From the UHGV virus genome UHGV-1374559: a stretch of 37,410 nt of DNA; one strand, given 5' to 3'. The first letter of the stretch is position 1; every line of letters begins with the position of its first letter. Below the pieces are notes generated by a model. It had not been told where the DNA came from. It ran no database searches and saw only the letters and a list, made by a program, of their open reading frames with translations. This document shows positions 36,299 to 37,410 of the stretch, in pieces. A program made the translations under genes and the position numbers. This DNA is from a virus.

Positions 36299-37264
36299 AT
36301 GATGGGGGAAATTATTTTACAAAAAGACGTTACTGATGCAGTTTCTAACAGAATTAAAGGTTTAGAGCAGGATGGGTTACAATTGCCAGCTAATTACAAT
36401 GCATCGAATGCTCTAAAATCAGCATGGTTTGCAATTCAAAAAGTACAAGATCGAAATAAAAGACCTGCTTTAGAAGTTGTTACAAAAGAATCTGTTGCTA
36501 ACACTTTATTAGATATGGTTGTTCAAGGCCTAAGTCCAGCAAAAACCCAATGTTATTTTGTTGTTTATGGAAAAGAGTTACAAATGCAACGATCATATTT
36601 TGGAACACAAGCCGTTTTGAAACGTTTATCAAATGTTAAAGATATTTGGGCGGAAGTTGTTCACAAAGGTGATGTGTTTAGGATTGGCAGTGAAAAAGGC
36701 AGAACAGTCGTTAAAGAATTTGAGCCAGACTTCGCAAATCAAGACAATGAAATTATAGGTGCTTTTGCAGTAATTGAAAAAAACGATGGCGAACGTGTTT
36801 ATACCGTTATGACAAAAAAAGAAATTGACAAATCTTGGAGCAAAGCGAAAACAAAAAATGTTCAAAATGATTTTCCAGGAGAAATGGCTAAACGTACAGT
36901 AATCAATCGAGCCGCTAAAACATTTATCAATACAAGCGATGATAGTGATTTACTGACAGATGCGATTAATAGAACAACAGAATACGAATATGATGAAAAC
37001 AGACGTAAGGAAGCAGAACCAGTTGCAGATACAGCAATAGCACTTGAAGAAAAATTATTTGCCAACAATAAAAAAGTTATTGAGAAAGAAAACGATATTG
37101 AACAAGCAAAACCAATCGAAAAAGAAGATTTAACGAAAACGGCTGAACAAATTTTAGAAGAACCAGTTCAGGAAACTTTAGATGTGATGGCTGGTTATGA
37201 AACCAATCAGAAAGAGAGTGAAGCTGATGTCTCAACGATTGAAGAAGACGATTATCCTTTCTGA
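36299..37264 (+). CDS. recT: RecT-family single-strand annealing recombinase
   Basis: RBS GAGGAGAA. …LQMQRSYFGTQAVLKRL…NDGERVYTVMTKKEIDKSWSKA… is RecT-like. Followed by the PD-(D/E)XK nuclease gene. Confidence 0.7.
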   Translation: MMGEIILQKDVTDAVSNRIKGLEQDGLQLPANYNASNALKSAWFAIQKVQDRNKRPALEVVTKESVANTLLDMVVQGLSPAKTQCYFVVYGKELQMQRSYFGTQAVLKRLSNVKDIWAEVVHKGDVFRIGSEKGRTVVKEFEPDFANQDNEIIGAFAVIEKNDGERVYTVMTKKEIDKSWSKAKTKNVQNDFPGEMAKRTVINRAAKTFINTSDDSDLLTDAINRTTEYEYDENRRKEAEPVADTAIALEEKLFANNKKVIEKENDIEQAKPIEKEDLTKTAEQILEEPVQETLDVMAGYETNQKESEADVSTIEEDDYPF

Positions 37265-37410
37265 TGAAAATTATTATTCACAAGAAGCGGACCTAGCTTA
37301 TATGTCTGTCTCTCAATATAAAAAATTTCTTGAATGTGAAGCTGCAGCTCTTGCCAAGTTAAAAGGCGAATGGACACCAGAGAGTGATCCAAAAGCATTG
37401 CTAGTTGGTA
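37227..37410 (+). CDS. PD-(D/E)XK nuclease, N-terminal part (3' truncated at window edge; in-frame with 1..632 across the wrap)
   Basis: ATG 37227 overlapping recT's 3' end. MSQRLKKTIILSDENYYSQEADLAYMSVSQYKKFLECEAAALAKLKGEWTPESDPKALLVG then continues as …NYVHSYFESPE… at window start without frame break. Confidence 0.55.
   Translation, partial: MSQRLKKTIILSDENYYSQEADLAYMSVSQYKKFLECEAAALAKLKGEWTPESDPKALLVG

Noticed and set aside
1-37410. CRISPR arrays, IS elements or transposase genes
   Set aside because: No regularly spaced identical repeats with unique spacers, and no transposase-like ORFs or terminal inverted repeats, were seen. The only tandem repeats are the short iterons at 1003..1086.

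Overview
This window looks like a complete temperate siphovirus genome of about 37.4 kb from a low-GC Firmicute (Enterococcus/Listeria-type gene content), presented in circularly permuted form. The ORF truncated at the 3' end (37227..37410) continues in frame, with no stop, into the ORF truncated at the 5' end (1..632); together they encode one PD-(D/E)XK nuclease placed next to recT.

Gene order, starting from the lysogeny module:
- Lysogeny module: integrase (-), a lipoprotein (-), an ImmA metallopeptidase (-), a cI-like XRE repressor (-), then an operator region with palindromes and cro (+).
- Early and replication genes: small early genes, RecT, the PD-(D/E)XK exonuclease (spanning the wrap), a DnaD-type replisome organizer carrying internal iterons, a DnaC-like helicase loader, a DUF1064 protein, then a reverse-oriented small membrane-protein gene, ArpU, a tRNA-Trp-like gene and a moron-like nuclease-like gene.
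- Packaging and virion genes: HNH endonuclease, TerS, TerL, portal, ClpP-type prohead protease, major capsid, head-tail connectors, major tail, an Ig-like protein, G/GT tail assembly chaperones with the canonical A_AAA_AAG -1 frameshift, tape measure, Dit, Tal and tail fibers.
- Lysis genes: holin and a GH25+LysM endolysin.
- Accessory island before the attachment region: an Abi_2-family abortive-infection gene, then a two-gene operon that is the most unusual feature here. It encodes a STAS-like/GHKL (HATPase_c) serine-kinase-type fusion protein, translationally coupled to a 103-aa STAS-like (DUF4325-like) protein.
- Attachment region: a degenerate tRNA-like sequence with a CAT anticodon (probable attP) and a YolD-like gene.

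Other points worth a second look:
- The major capsid and major tail genes both end in TAG and are followed by a conserved 22-codon extension in the -1 frame and by compensatory GC-rich hairpins. This suggests programmed recoding.
- An AT-rich standalone gene (5771..6952) with its own terminator encodes a coiled-coil protein with a C-terminal PD-(D/E)XK-like motif, a candidate defence nuclease.

All functional calls rest on motif and synteny recognition by eye. No database searches were run.
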